Below are positions 25,890-38,900 of a stretch of DNA of 64,000 nt, in pieces; position 1 is the stretch's first letter, and the number at the start of each line of letters is the position of its first letter. The stretch spans positions 45,359,208-45,423,207 of the forward strand of contig NC_068989.1 of assembly GCF_001194135.2 (NCBI RefSeq), written 5' to 3'. The notes under the pieces were generated by a model. It was given only the letters and a program-made list of their open reading frames with translations. It did not search any database and was not told where the DNA came from. The stretch is from Octopus bimaculoides. Lineage: Eukaryota. The position numbers were made by a program, and so were the translations under genes.

Positions 25890-26600
25890 TGATAGTAGAA
25901 ATTGCTATGGAGCGAGCGAAGAGTTGTACTGTACTCTATCGTGACATAGGGCAAAATATTTGGCAGGTGGAAAGAGCAACCCATGCTATCATACAAAAGT
26001 GCTTCAATTTCGTTGAAAATCAAAAAGTTTTCATCAATCATCGCAGAAACTACAATACGGCCAATGCCAGTTTGCTGAGAAGAAATCCTTCTATAAACTC
26101 GAAAAGGAAGAATTGAACCTGAAACGCTTATATTGTTGCCCTGCATGGGTAATGCATCACCAGCCTGAATCACTTGTCAAATGTGAGGTTTGTATGTGGC
26201 AGTAGAAGACCGGAGAGCAAGGTGTCATATGAATGGCGTTACTACACACCTAAGGACTGTCTTTCCACAACAATGTGGAAATAAAAGAAGCCCTCACTAC
26301 TGTCAGCTCTACAACCAGATAAACGAGAACAACAAAAACGCTACGAAACCACATAAACAACGCACAAGCACAACGACAAGCAACAACAACTACAACAAAA
26401 CAGCAAAAGCAGGAGAAGTAATTACTTCAGCAGATGTTGAATTAACAGCAGCAGAAGCAGCGTTAACAGAAACAGAAACACCATCAAAAAGAGCGACAGA
26501 ACCCTCAGGACGAGAACAACAAGATCGTCCATATATGAACAATAGAATCCTCCAAATAATACAAAACCACGCGGAATAGATATCTAAGCTTCAGGTCACA
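25890..26600 (+). pseudogene. Decayed non-LTR retrotransposon ORF1 (gag-like) with degenerate CCHC knuckle
   Basis: LYVAVEDRRARCHMNGVTTHLRTVFP fits C-x2-C-x4-H-x4-C with two Cys mutated; followed by a T/E/K/P-rich low-complexity tail; multiple stops and frameshifts. Confidence 0.5.
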
Positions 26601-27344
26601 GAAATGTTCTGTAATGAAGGCGACAAAGATATAAAAATGGAGTACGGTCACCGCAAGAAGGAACAAAAAAGGAGAAGGGTCCAGAACAAATTGGTGGATA
26701 CATGTATATACAGGGTTCTAAATCTATTGTATAACAAAGGATATGAATCTGGAATAGTCATCTCGCAGATACAGGCCTGGTTAAAATTTTCGTAGACGAC
26801 TATCTGTTGTCCTTCACCGCATTTGAATATGCTCCAATGCATTATACTCTACACTTGAGCAGAATGCGATCTGGAATAAATTGAACTTTAACTATTTTCA
26901 TCATAAAATCAGTAATACAATTCCATCGCCTATGTCTCCCCAACACTTTTGCTTAATGCTAGGCAGCAACATTTTCGCATTATATGCGAGTTAGTATAGT
27001 AATAGTGGACTGTCTCTGCAATCAATATCTAATAATTTACAAACATCTGCAACTCCCAAAATTGATAAACAAAGAAATTGTCTACACCTGCAATTTGTTT
27101 TTCATATTTTTAGATTAATATATACATATCTAATACGTAAAATATAATTCTGGAGAATATAAGCAAATAAATAATGCTTACAAATAACGGTATATGCTCA
27201 ATTCTATCGGCAAATGTGTGTGTGTGAGTGTGTATGTGTGGGTATACATACAGATATCTGCGTGTGTGTATGTGTATGCATATGTATGTATGTACGTATG
27301 TATAACCACATACAAACTCATGTATTTATACGTATCTATTCTTT

Positions 27345-27542
27345 TATTCTTTTATTTGTTTCCGTCATATGACTGCGGCTATGCTGGAGCACCGCCTTTA
27401 GTCGAGCAAATCGCCCCCCAGGACTTATTCTTTGTAAGCCTAGTACTTATTCTATCGGTCTTTTTTTCCGAACAGTTAAGTTACGGGGACGTAAAGACAC
27501 CAGCATCGTTTGTCAAGCGATGTTGGGGGTGGGACAAACACA

Positions 27543-27585
<43 letters not shown>

Positions 27586-27845
27586 TTAGAGAATGGAGTA
27601 AACGCATGTTACAACTGCATACTTTTATTCCGACATATGTTTCGAATTATTTTTAATACGAAAAAATATAATTATATATATATACGACGGGCTTCTTTCA
27701 GTTTCGTCTACCAAATCCACTCACAAGGTCTTGGTCGGGCCGAGGCTATAGTAGAAGACACTTGCCCAAGGTGTCACACTGTGGGACTGAACCCGGAATG
27801 TGGTTGGTAATTAAGCTATTTATCACGCAGTAACTAGTGCGTCTA
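27345..27845 (-). mobile_element. SINE family A, full length with internal (TA)n
   Basis: Tail gactgcggctatgctggagcaccgcctttagtcgagc..aagcctagtacttattctatcgg plus head ttcagtttcgtctaccaaatccactcacaagg..cttgcccaaggtg..gggactgaacccgg. Confidence 0.9.
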
Positions 27846-27849
27846 TGTG

Positions 27850-27880
<31 letters not shown>

Positions 27881-27939
27881 CTGTGTGTCTATATATTTTT
27901 GTCTTTATGACTATGTTGTATGTTTCCTTCATCACCTCG

Positions 27940-28118
27940 ACAGTCAGTGATGGTTTGTTTACGTCACCGTTATCGAGCATTTTGGCAAAAGAAAACCAAC
28001 AGAATAAGTATCACGCTTAAACATAAGTATTGGATTCGATTTGTTCGACATGTACCCTTCGACATGTGCCCTAACATGGCCGGAGTCCGAAGACATTAAC
28101 AAGTAAAATGTAAAAGAT
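27940..28118 (+). mobile_element. SINE family A tail fragment, diverged
   Basis: gtttgtttacgtcaccgt..ttggcaaaagaaaaccaacagaataagtat..ttcgatttgttcgac..catggccg..aacaagtaaaa. Confidence 0.65.
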
Positions 28119-28544
28119 GTATGTGTGTGTGTGTGTGTCTGTTTGTGTAAATGCCCGTGCGAACACACACACACACACACACACATACATACACACACAA
28201 GCCTCTCTCTCCTAGCTTTCTCTTAATTATCTCCGTTCCTTTTCAATCTCACCTTGTCAAACATGATCAAATAAACACCAACCACAGAAGGGCAATTTGC
28301 TACCTTTTGCAAACAGAGGAGTCCCAATTCTAGGCGTCAATCTAAAAACAAATTTGAACCCTCCTACATACATTGTAGATATTAAGGAAACTAAGATACT
28401 CTTCGGTTGAGAACACTTGTTCAAGGAAACCTAAAAGATAGGACAACTAATAAACACGATGAATATCATGTTAGATTTAATCCAAAGACAGAGTTCCAAA
28501 TATTTTAGGAATGATTATAAGGACATACATCATTGGTCTCAAGC

Positions 28545-28830
28545 TTTGGCACAAGGTCAGCAATTTCGGGGGTTGGTAAGTCGATCACATGGACCCCAGT
28601 GTTCAACTGGTATTTATTCTGTCGACCTCGAAAGGATGAGAGGCTGTTATGTCTCAAGCTACTGCTATCTTGCACCTTCGGATGATCTCTACACGACGGT
28701 TACTCAACAGTCAGTCCACTGTCAGTCGACTCCTACCACGGTCAGACTACATCTATTTATGTCTTAGTCGATCTTACTTCTTCGCTTGGGGGCGTCGACA
28801 CAGCAGAGGCAAAGACAACCTCGGTGGAAT
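28545..28830 (-). mobile_element. SINE family B fragments, interrupted
   Basis: tggcacaaggtcagcaatttcggggg..gtcgatcacatggaccccagtgttcaactggt..gtcgacctcgaaaggatg and ggcaaagacaacctcggtggaat. Confidence 0.7.
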
Positions 28831-29243
28831 AAAAACGTGTAATATTAATGGTTAATCTTTAAATACGTGCTTAAAATGTGATAATTTCTTTTTCATATTT
28901 GAAATATTCCGCAACTATCCATAACTAAAATCTAAGTGGATCTGAAAGATTATAAGTTTTGAAATCAACTGATGTGATTGTAAAAGATCGCGTTTACTTG
29001 GGGGAAATAATGATTATATTTAGAATCCACCATATAAAGAGCAACAGTAAAAATATTTTTTCCACGGCAATAATTCATATATTTATTCATTTTCTTACTA
29101 AATGTCTTTTTATAGAAAATATCTAGCAATGACTACAGGGAAACTAATGTAAGTTGCTAAAAAAACATCAGCAAAGTCTAAATTAGCAATACATCGAAGT
29201 TGAGGGATTTGAAAACGGAAACGCTACAGGATATGTTAACATA

Positions 29244-29619
29244 TTCTTTTATTCTTTAATTTGTTTCAGTCATTTGACTGCGGCCATGCTGGAGCACCGC
29301 ATTTAGTCGAACAAATCGACCACAGAGCTTATTCTTTGTGAGCCTAGTACTTATTCTAGTAGTCACTTTTGCCGAACCGCTAAGTTACATGGACGTAGAC
29401 ACACTAACATCGGTTTCAAGCGATGGTTGGGCAAAAACATACACGTACACATATACGATGGGCTTCTTTCAGTTTCCATCTACCAAATCCACTCATAAGC
29501 CTGAGGTAGGGCCGAAGTTATATTAGAAGACGTTTGACCATGGTGCAACGCAATGAGACTGAACCCGGAACTATGTGGTTGATAAACAAGCTACTTACCA
29601 CACAGCCACTCCTGCGTCT
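29244..29619 (-). mobile_element. SINE family A, full length
   Basis: ttgtttcagtcatttgactgcggccatgctggagcaccg..gggcttctttcagtttcc..gactgaacccggaac..aagctacttaccacacagccactcctgcg. Confidence 0.92.
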
Positions 29620-29779
29620 ATGAAGACAAATGCGTAAACAAAATTTTGAGTCATAGCATAGCACTTGTTAAGTAGAAGATTCAGTGATGGAAATCTTTGT
29701 AAGTCCTTTCGACCCACAAAATATTGCGGCCCTAAATTCCTCAAAGCACACCCTACTGTCTTGGTTAACAGAAAATGTT

Positions 29780-29940
29780 ACAGGTTCTATGCCAGGAAGT
29801 TTTCAAAGGAAGGGCACAAGGTCAGAAGGGAATACAATTCCTGGAGAAAAGGGTGTAATAACATTCAGAAAGGCGTACTTCTTTTCTTGAGGGCGGCACG
29901 TGCCCCTCAAAAACCCTCGCCCCACCGTGCGTCCGCCCCT
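29780..29940. mobile_element. Possible PIF/Harbinger-type MITE
   Basis: Right end gcgtccgcccctg resembles a GC-rich Harbinger-MITE TIR; left end caggttctatgccagg is only a weak match. Confidence 0.3.
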
Positions 29941-30464
29941 GTGTTACATTCAATGCGTCTGTGGCTCAAAAAAGAGATAAGATGATTTTGGACATATTTT
30001 GACAAAGAAACCACTGGCTATACGTCAGTTAAAACGTTCAGCATGAATGCTTTTAAAACATATAACACACAAGGTATTTAAGACATACGAAACTTGCCTG
30101 GGTTATTCAGTAAATTTATGCAATATGTAATAACGAATTTAAAAAAATACAATTTGAAGTTATTTATATCTGTCACGGAGGTGTTGAAAATATAACGTTA
30201 TGAGGAAAATAAAATAGACTGACGCATGACAGTGGACTGAAAAACAATAACTCACAAATTGTGTCAAATATCGATTAATGATATCATGAAAATGATAAAT
30301 ATACACACACACAAACAAAAGCACACACATTATGCAAACAGACACTAAAAATTACACGCGAGCGATGACACGTGCACACACATATGATATCCACTTTCCT
30401 CTCTCTGTCTTTCTGTCTCTCTCTCTCTCTCCCTTTCTCTCCCCATTCTCTCTCTCTCTCTCTG

Positions 30465-30512
<48 letters not shown>

Positions 30513-30734
30513 CATAGGCAGAGTGATAGATAGATAGTAAGCAAAGTAGTTAGCTCTAAGACCTTTATACAAGATGCAAGTAGTAACTCCTCCACTGCAT
30601 AGCAATGGTTGTCACCACCTCAGAGTAATTGTTCCGCGCAGAACACCTGTTAATATTCTTTTTAACCCCAGGAGGATATCGCCTCCAGTTGGTTAACAAC
30701 ACACAAGACACATGATTCCGGGTTCATGTGGTAC

Positions 30735-31215
30735 CAAGCACATGGTTCTGGGTTCAGTCCCACTGCGTGACACCTTGGGCAAGTGTCTTAGACTGTGTAG
30801 CCTTGGGCTGACTGAAGCCGTGTGAGTAAATCTAGTAGATGGAAACTGAAAGAAGCCCGTCTTACTCTCTCTTTCCTTTCCTGAGCGTCCAATAATACTA
30901 TCCATATCACGTCCTCACTTTGTTGTTTCTTTGTTTTTTTATTGTTTTTTTAACTGTATATATATATATATATATNNNNNNNNNNNNNNNNNNNNNNNNN
31001 NNNNNNNNNNNNNNNNNNNNNNNNNNNNNNNNNNNNNNNNNNNNNNNNNNNNNNNNNNNNNNNNNNNNNNNNNNNNNNNNNNNNNNNNNNNNNNNNNNNN
31101 NNNNNNNNNNNNNNNNNNNNNNNNNNNNNNNTAGGATAAGTACGAGGCTTATGTTCTGCTGAAGGCGATGCTCCAGTAGAGCCGTAGTCAAATGACTGAG
31201 ACAAAAAATAATAAA
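30735..31215 (+). mobile_element. SINE family A spanning an assembly gap
   Basis: Head ggttcagtcccactgcgtgacaccttgggcaagtg..ggaaactgaaagaagcccgtc; tail ataagtacgaggctt..gatgctccag..gtcaaatgactgagaca after the gap at 30976-31131. Confidence 0.8.
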
Positions 31216-31223
31216 ATAAAAGA

Positions 31224-31260
<37 letters not shown>

Positions 31261-31399
31261 GTAAAAGAATACAAAAAATGGGACAAGACATCCAGGCACT
31301 TGGATGATTTAAAAGGGGACATAAAAAAACAAGGACGTGTCATTCGGTGTTTTCTTTCGTCACTCGATTTCCAGATTATTTTTGCTGTTTCGCCTGGTT

Positions 31400-31475
31400 A
31401 AACTCGAGACTGCTCCAATCTGGCCAGCCCCAAAGAAAATCTAAGCTAAGAACACTAGATTCCTTGGAAGAAAGG
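31400..31475. repeat. Dispersed repeat fragment (inverted copy at 42538-42607)
   Basis: ctcgagactgctccaatctggccagccccaaagaaaatctaagctaagaacactagattccttggaagaaag matches the reverse complement of 42538-42607. Confidence 0.8.
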
Positions 31476-32699
31476 AAGGAAAAAAACGGGGAAATGGTAC
31501 ACAAATACAGAAGTAAACAACAGGACATTAACAACAGGTGTCTTTCGACTAGGGACGAATCAAATTAAGCTGGCGTGTGTGGAAGCGAAGCCTTATAGTA
31601 GGGACATATGAGATAACAGGCATGGGAAGGAATATAGATGTTGCACAGATATACTTATATAGGCAGGATTAAACATTAACATTTTTAATTAAACTACAGC
31701 AAAGAAACACATCTACACTTTGCACGAAAACAGTATCGGTAAATTGATTCTATAAGTAAACCTATAACTAACTCCTAAATTATCTAACTAAATAGCAACC
31801 TAGCACTTGAATTCCATGCAGATAATATTCCCACCAGTCTTCTATAGTTATTCATACAAAAGTGAAAGCTTTTATATTCTATTCTCTCCAAAACAAAACA
31901 AATTCGATTGAACCTCACTTCACTAATAACACAACTAACTCTGAGTGAATTATACTATTTCTTAACCCAAAAGTTAATAATTAAAACGCTTCATACACAT
32001 TAAATATTCGTTATTCTTACATGCTTTAATGTCAAACTTATAGCAGTAAATTAATAAATAATACTAAATATCGTTATTAAATCAAAAACTAATAAAAGAT
32101 TACCTGTAATTAATACACACGCACACACGCACACACACACGCACACACACGCACACGCACACGCACACACGCACACACACACACTTATATATCTATATAA
32201 GCCTTTATTCACAAAAAAACTCTTCTTCATAAGGAAGTTTCCTTTTGTAGTATTATGTTATCGAAGCGGGCACCACTTTTGTGCTATTATCGATTGATGA
32301 TACTGGATATTATTCACGCGTTTATGTACTAATGTTCTTGGTTGGTTTGTTTTACCATTTTATTATGATACTTTTCCCTTCTGAAAGTCCAGTTGTCTCT
32401 ATAGAGACTTCATTCTTTTCCATATAGGAGAAAAACATTAATAGTTTAAAGAAAATAGAGAATATAGACAGAATAATCATTCTTTAATCGTAGTGCAGTC
32501 AATTATTAAGTTCTGACAAATAAAACATCCAACACACAATTAATCAAAAAGCCTACCACTTAGTCAGAATAAATTTTCCATACGAGAGAAGTGGAAAAAA
32601 TAGCAGCCAATACACCCAGAAGAGGCCATTGTTTTATAACATCATAATGCACTTTAAAGTTGCAAATATGGACAATAACAATTGGCCGAAACGTAACTG

Positions 32700-33000
32700 G
32701 TTCAGTGCCATAACGTCGCACCATGGGCAAGTGTCTTCTGTTATAGCCTCAGGCTGACTGAGCCTTGTGAGTCGATTTGGTAGACGTAAACAGAAAGAAG
32801 CCCATGGCATATATATGCACCTCTTGACAACCGGTGTCGGTTTGTTTACAGCCTGGTGAACCAGCATTTACACTGCGTGTACCGATAAAATAAGTAACAG
32901 AGTATAAATAAATATAAAGTATTGGTGTCTATTGTTTCGACTAAAACTTTAAAGGCAGTTTCACAGCATGGATGTAGTCCAATGAGAAAGAAGGAAAAGA
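32700..33000 (+). mobile_element. SINE family A, diverged
   Basis: ggttcagtgcc..gggcaagtgtcttctgttatagcctc..ccttgtgagtcgatttggtagacg..aaagaagccc..ttgacaaccggtgtcgg..cgataaaataagta. Confidence 0.8.
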
Positions 33001-33588
33001 TTAGACACTCTGTGTGTGTGTGTGCGTGTGTGTGTTTGTGTGAGAGTGTGTTTTAACTAGTGTGTATGCGTGAATATAATGTTTATTTAGACTGAATTCA
33101 TTATCGTACCTTAAACTTTGGACTAGGAAAATTCCAATAGATTTGACACGGAGGAAGTAAGCCAAAGAGCAAGTAAGCAGCCAATAACTGAGCATTTCTG
33201 AGATAAACTCAGGAACAGAAGATCTGATTGTGATAGTAACAACAACAATGCTTCGAAATCCTTTCCCCGTCCCACTGCCCAAGTAACTACCAACATTATG
33301 GGGATATTCTGCAATTAGTACGATAAAATAATTTGCCGCATCATTTCCAACTCTTCAGTCGTTGCAAATCTGTGTATATCCTCAAACTTGATCGAAATGG
33401 TAATATCACAATACACCGATATTTGAACAAAAATTTTAAAACTATAATTAGGCTTATATATGGCCTACGAAATAGCTCTGTTCGAGACAGCTCTCATCGC
33501 ACCCTAGGCATTTTCACTTCAATAGCACAAATGGATGTCTACACACTTTTTACAATCCATGTATTATGTACAGCACGCAATCACTACA

Positions 33589-33772
33589 CTCTCTTTTACT
33601 TGTTTCAGTCATTTGACTGCGGCCATGCTGGAGAACCGCCTTTAGTCGAGCAAATCGACCCCTAGGACTTATTCTTTGGAAGCCTAGTACTTATTATATC
33701 GTTCTCTTTTGCCGAACCGCTAAGTTACGGGAACGTAAACACACCAGCATCGGTTGTCAAGCGATGTTGGGT

Positions 33773-33853
<81 letters not shown>

Positions 33854-34010
33854 TATATAAATATATACGACGGGCTTCTTTCAGTTTCCGTCTACCAAAT
33901 CCACTCACAAGGCTTTGGTCGGCCCGATGCTATAGTAGAAGACACTTGCTCAAGGTGTCACGCAGTGGGACTGAACCCAGAACCATGTCGTTGGTAAGCA
34001 AGCTACTTAA
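33589..34010 (-). mobile_element. SINE family A, full length with internal (CA)n
   Basis: Near-consensus tail and head around a (CA)n run at ~33775-33850. Confidence 0.95.
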
Positions 34011-34589
34011 AAAAATTAACGTAACATATGCTTTTAAATATCAACACTTGACACTTCCTAAACTCTAATAACTCGCACAACACTTATTCCACATAACCAC
34101 CTCTAAATCCAAATAAGCACATATTCTGCATTATCATAATTCTTCACATCAGCATGTACAATTATTCTATTTGGGCAACTTTTCCGACTGTGAATGCGAA
34201 ACTTCTGTATTTGCAGATATTTTATGTGATAACGGGGAATTCCGGAGGGTCGTAATAGGCCTTGATGTGACCCTCAGTATTCGCAATGCTGCTTTCAACA
34301 CGGGAATATGTAGGCAGACCAAGCGGGGCAGGAGAAACTGACTTTATTTTATAATGAATATAAACAGGTTAAACAGCTATTTTGTGCGTGAAGCAACGTC
34401 GCAACATGCGGCAACATGCGGCAACACTGGTTCTGAAGAGTCCATACAGCGACAGAGTAAAATGGTAAAATGACGGCATAAAACTTCATTGCTACAATGG
34501 GAAATCATTACTCTGCTTTACGAGTTTCCGCTTTTCGAACGACCTCTTGGAACACATTAACTCATATATATCAATGTATATCTCTTTTT

Positions 34590-34945
34590 CCCTTTTTTAC
34601 TCTTTTTACTTGTTTCAGTCATTTGACTGTGGCCATGCTGGAGCACCGCCTTTTAGTCGAGATAATCGACCCCAGGACTTATTGTTTGTAAGCCTAGTAC
34701 TTATTCTATCAGTCTCTTTAGCCGAACCTTTAAGTTACGGGGACGTAAATACACCAGCATCGGTTGTCAAGCGATGTTGGGGGGGACAAACACAGACACA
34801 CACACATACATATATATATATGTACATATATACAACGGGCTTCTTTCAGTTTCCGTCAACCTGAGGCTATAGTAGAAGACCCTTGCCCAAGGTGCCACGC
34901 AGTGGGACTGAATCCGGAACCATATGGTTCGTAAGCAAGCTATAT
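34590..34945 (-). mobile_element. SINE family A with internal deletion
   Basis: Tail intact; head jumps from gtttccgtcaa to cctgaggctatagtagaagac. Confidence 0.92.
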
Positions 34946-35089
34946 TTATATATGTATGTGTGAGTGTGTGCGTGTGTGTGTGAGGGACGAATGGAAAACT
35001 TTTGGGGCATTTTCCCGCCAAGTTGCGACATATTTTATTAGTCTGAAAATCTGCCGGGGTATTTAGAGCCAATGAAACGTGGGTGAGAA

Positions 35090-35520
35090 ATGAATTTGAC
35101 GAGCCACTGTTTATGGTAACGAATAACAGGGTTCATACATGGTGTGATTGGTGGGTTAGTGTGATATATAAAAATGGATCACAAGAGCTCGAAGGTGAGG
35201 CACACTGAAGGAAAGCTTGACAGATGGTTAGCTGGACCAGATCAGGAAGTGAGATATAAAGAATGTCATGTTAATAGATGGGTAGCCAGGCCAGCTTGAG
35301 AATAATCACAATGAAAGCCTGATTGACAAAGGTGTGTGCGAAATTAGATAGAGAGGTGAGTCATATGAGGGCAAGATTAAGTAGAGGACTGGATGAACTA
35401 AGTTGGGATATGAGGCACAATGACTGTTGATTGAGGAATGCATAAAGCGGTTTAGGAAATGAGTCACAAGTACGGTCAGGTTGATAGAAAAGTTGGTAAT
35501 GAAAGAATACAACTAGCTCG
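35090..35520 (-). pseudogene. Possible highly decayed PLE linker/GIY-YIG remnant
   Basis: Minus translation QPDRTCDSFPKPLYAFLNQQSL loosely resembles the PLE linker (DP.T...FP.PP..AF...NL); many stops. Confidence 0.3.
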
Positions 35521-35950
35521 CTCAGATTAACAATGACCACTCATAAAGTGACATTTGATGACAGAGCGTGTGTGTAAGCTGAAACTCGAAACGAGTTGGC
35601 GAGGGAGTCATTAGCAATGTGTGGTAGGTATATTTTGACGGGCTTTGAATATGTGTAAATGTGAGTGTGTGTGCGTGTGTTCATGCGCGTATGTGTGTTT
35701 GAGCGCACGTCTGTGTACGTGTATTTTCTGTGTAGCAGTAGTGTTATTTCCGTCATGATGCAAATATTTTGTTACCAACCTGTTAAAATTCCCAAACATT
35801 AGATATTATATACAAAACTACTTTGAATACCGAGAACGAAGCCAATAAAACTAAATACAGCTTCCCGAAATATTTCCAATAACGGATGCAGAAATCTACT
35901 TAAAACTGAAAATTCATCAAGCAATCACTATCGTAGTTACTAGAAATGTA

Positions 35951-35989
<39 letters not shown>

Positions 35990-35990
35990 C

Positions 35991-36021
<31 letters not shown>

Positions 36022-36819
36022 TCACACNNNNNNNNNNNNNNNNNNNNNNNNNNNNNNNNNNNNNNNNNNNNNNNNNNNNNNNNNNNNNNNNNNNNNNNNN
36101 NNNNNNNNNNNNNNNNNNNNNNNNNNNNNNNNNNNNNNNNNNNNNNNNNNNNNNNNNNNNNNNNNNNNNNNNNNNNNNNNNNNNNNNNNNNNNNNNNNNN
36201 NNNNNNNNNNNNNNNNNNNNNNNNNNNNNNNNNNNNNNNNNNNNNNNNNNNNNNNNNNNNNNNNNNNNNNNNNNNNNNNNNNNNNNNNNNNNNNNNNNNN
36301 NNNNNNNNNNNNNNNNNNNNNNNNNNNNNNNNNNNNNNNNNNNNNNNNNNNNNNNNNNNNNNNNNNNNNNNNNNNNNNNNNNNNNNNNNNNNNNNNNNNN
36401 NNNNNNNNNNNNNNNNNNNNNNNNNNNNNNNNNNNNNNNNNNNNNNNNNNNNNNNNNNNNNNNNNNNNNNNNNNNNNNNNNNNNNNNNNNNNNNNNNNNN
36501 NNNNNNNNNNNNNNNNNNNNNNNNNNNNNNNNNNNNNNNNNNNNNNNNNNNNNNNNNNNNNNNNNNNNNNNNNNNNNNNNNNNNNNNNNNNNNNNNNNNN
36601 NNNNNNNNNNNNNNNNNNNNNNNNNNNNNNNNNNNNNNNNNNNNNNNNNNNNNNNNNNNNNNNNNNNNNNNNNNNNNNNNNNNNNNNNNNNNNNNNNNNN
36701 NNNNNNNNNNNNNNNNNNNNNNNNNNNNNNNNNNNNNNNNNNNNNNNNNNNNNNNNNNNNNNNNNNNNNNNNNNACGTAGAGAGAAATACATACATATAT
36801 ACATACATGCATATATATA

Positions 36820-38084
36820 TTAGGTTGTCAAGAAAGTTCTTGCGGAATTTTAAATTTTGGTTTTAAATTATGTATTTTCGAACTCTGTTTTCGTTAAATT
36901 ACTTTGACTTTATATATCATTTTAAAGGACGCTTTTCGCTCTATCTAATCGTGTTACATATTTTCTTTTTGAATAATTAAGCCATTTTTTCCTGAACGTT
37001 GAATACAACTTGGACAAAAAGCAAATTCGCACAGTTTTCTTATTCCAGTTCAAGCTACGCCGAAAAGCTGCTGAAACAGCTCGCGATATCAACGATGTGT
37101 TTGACCCAGGAACCACTAATGATCGTACAGCACAATGATGGTTGAAAAAATTTCGTAACGGTGACGAGAGTCTTGAAGATTATAAGCGTATTGGTCGGCC
37201 ATCGAATGTTGACAACAATCAACTAAGAGCCTTAGTCGAAGCCAATCCACGCACAGCTGTTCGAGAGCTTGCTTCTGAATTAGACGTAACGTATACGACA
37301 ATTCCCAAACACTTGAAAAAGATTGGAAAAACAAAAATACTTAAGAAATGGGCGTATCACGAATTGAACGACAACCAAGAAAAAAAAAACACCGTTTTGA
37401 AGTGTCGTCTTCCCTTCTTTTACGCAACAAGAACGACCCGTTTCTCGAACGGATTGTGACTTGCGATGAGAAGTTGACTCTCAGTGGTTGGACGCCGACG
37501 AATCTCCATGGCACTTCCCGAAGTCAAAGCTGCACCAAAAGAAGGTCATGGTGACTGTTTGGTGATCTGCGGCCGGTCTCATCCATCACAGCTTTTTGGA
37601 TCCAGGCGAAACTATTTCGGCGGAGAAGTACTGTCAGCAAATAGATGAAATACATAAGAAACTCCGACAACAACAGCCAGCATTGGTCAATAGAAAAGGA
37701 CCAATTCTTTTCCACGACAAGCTCGGCCACACATCGCATAACTGACCCTGCAGAAGTTGAACGAATTGGGCTACGAAACGCTGCCTCATCCGCCATACTC
37801 ACCAGACCTCTCGCCTACCGACTACCACTTTTTCAAGCATCTCGACAACTTCCTGCGTCTGAAATGCTTCAAAAACCAAGACGAAGCCAAACACACCTTC
37901 AACGACTTCCACGCCACCAGAACACAGGAATTTTACGCTACTGGCATAAATAAACTTGTTTCGCGTTGACAAAAGTGTGTTGATTCTGATGGTGTTTATT
38001 TCGATTAATAAAGTTTTGTTTGAGCCGACACATGTGCATCTGAATTTAAAGGTTAAAAACCGCAAGGACTTTCTCGACAACCTA

Positions 38085-38085
<1 letters not shown>
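36820..38085 (+). mobile_element. Full-length mariner transposon (cecropia/Hsmar1-like), 1266 bp
   Basis: TIRs ttaggttgtcaagaaagttcttgcgg and (reverse complement) ttaggttgtcgagaaagtccttgcgg, 24/26 identical; TA on both flanks (36818-19 and 38086-87). Confidence 0.97.
37010..38008 (+). pseudogene. Mariner DD34D transposase, inactivated
   Basis: DKKQIRTVFLFQFK..KAAETARDIN..KKFRNGDESLED..IVTCDEK..KKVMVTVW..GPILFHD..LGYETLPHPPYSPDLSPTDYHFFKHLDNFL..KCVDSDGVYFD*; in-frame stops, frameshifts and a deletion after TCDEK. Confidence 0.95.
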
Positions 38086-38146
<61 letters not shown>

Positions 38147-38168
38147 AAGTGTGTGTGTATGTGTGTGT

Positions 38169-38225
<57 letters not shown>

Positions 38226-38699
38226 TTTGTCAACGTGCATATCTGCATAGTAGATTAGTATCTCTTTACTTTTTCCATCTAACTGGCAGAGGTAGAACAG
38301 AATGTTTGTCTTGTTCCTGGAAGATGAGTGAAATTACAGTCACGGTTTGTACATAACCTTTCGCGTAGGGAGGGACGGCATATTTTTTATTGCCTTTTGA
38401 ACTTGTGATTGTTGTAGAGGGGAGTGGATCTTAAATAGTTTGAGATTTAGAATTGTTTCACTTTAATGGCAGTAGGATAGTGGGGACTGGAAAGGGGGAA
38501 AGGTGCAGTGGTTGATCTTGTACACTGGCCGAGATAGTAGTAGTAGCAATGGTACTTCAGTTTGTTAGTGGGATAGGGAGGAAGTAGGAGTGATTGGGAT
38601 TGGTCACTGGCAAAGGTAGAATGGAATGTTTGAATAGTAGTAGTAGTAGTAGTAGGAGGAGGAGGAAGTGGAAGAGGAGGGGAGGAGGAGATACACAAT

Positions 38700-38900
38700 G
38701 GGCTTCATTCAGTTTCCGTCGACCAGATCGCCAAATCCTCTCACAAGGCTATGGTCGGCTCAAAGCTAAGGTCGGCCCAAAGCTATGGTCGGCCCAAGGC
38801 TATAGTAGAAGACATTATCCCAAGGTGTCACGCAGTGTGGGATGGGACTGAATTCGGAACCATGTGGTAAGGAAGCAAGCTTCTTACTACACAGCCACGC
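38700..38900 (-). mobile_element. SINE family A head with an internal 17-bp triplication
   Basis: gctatggtcggctcaaa / gctaaggtcggcccaaa / gctatggtcggcccaag at 38748-38798. Confidence 0.85.

Noticed and set aside
34170-34460. Possible YVG(Q)TKR GIY-YIG trace and CUGAAGA-GUC..GAC motif
   Set aside because: Needs a frameshift to read, and no GAAA box follows; too degraded to call
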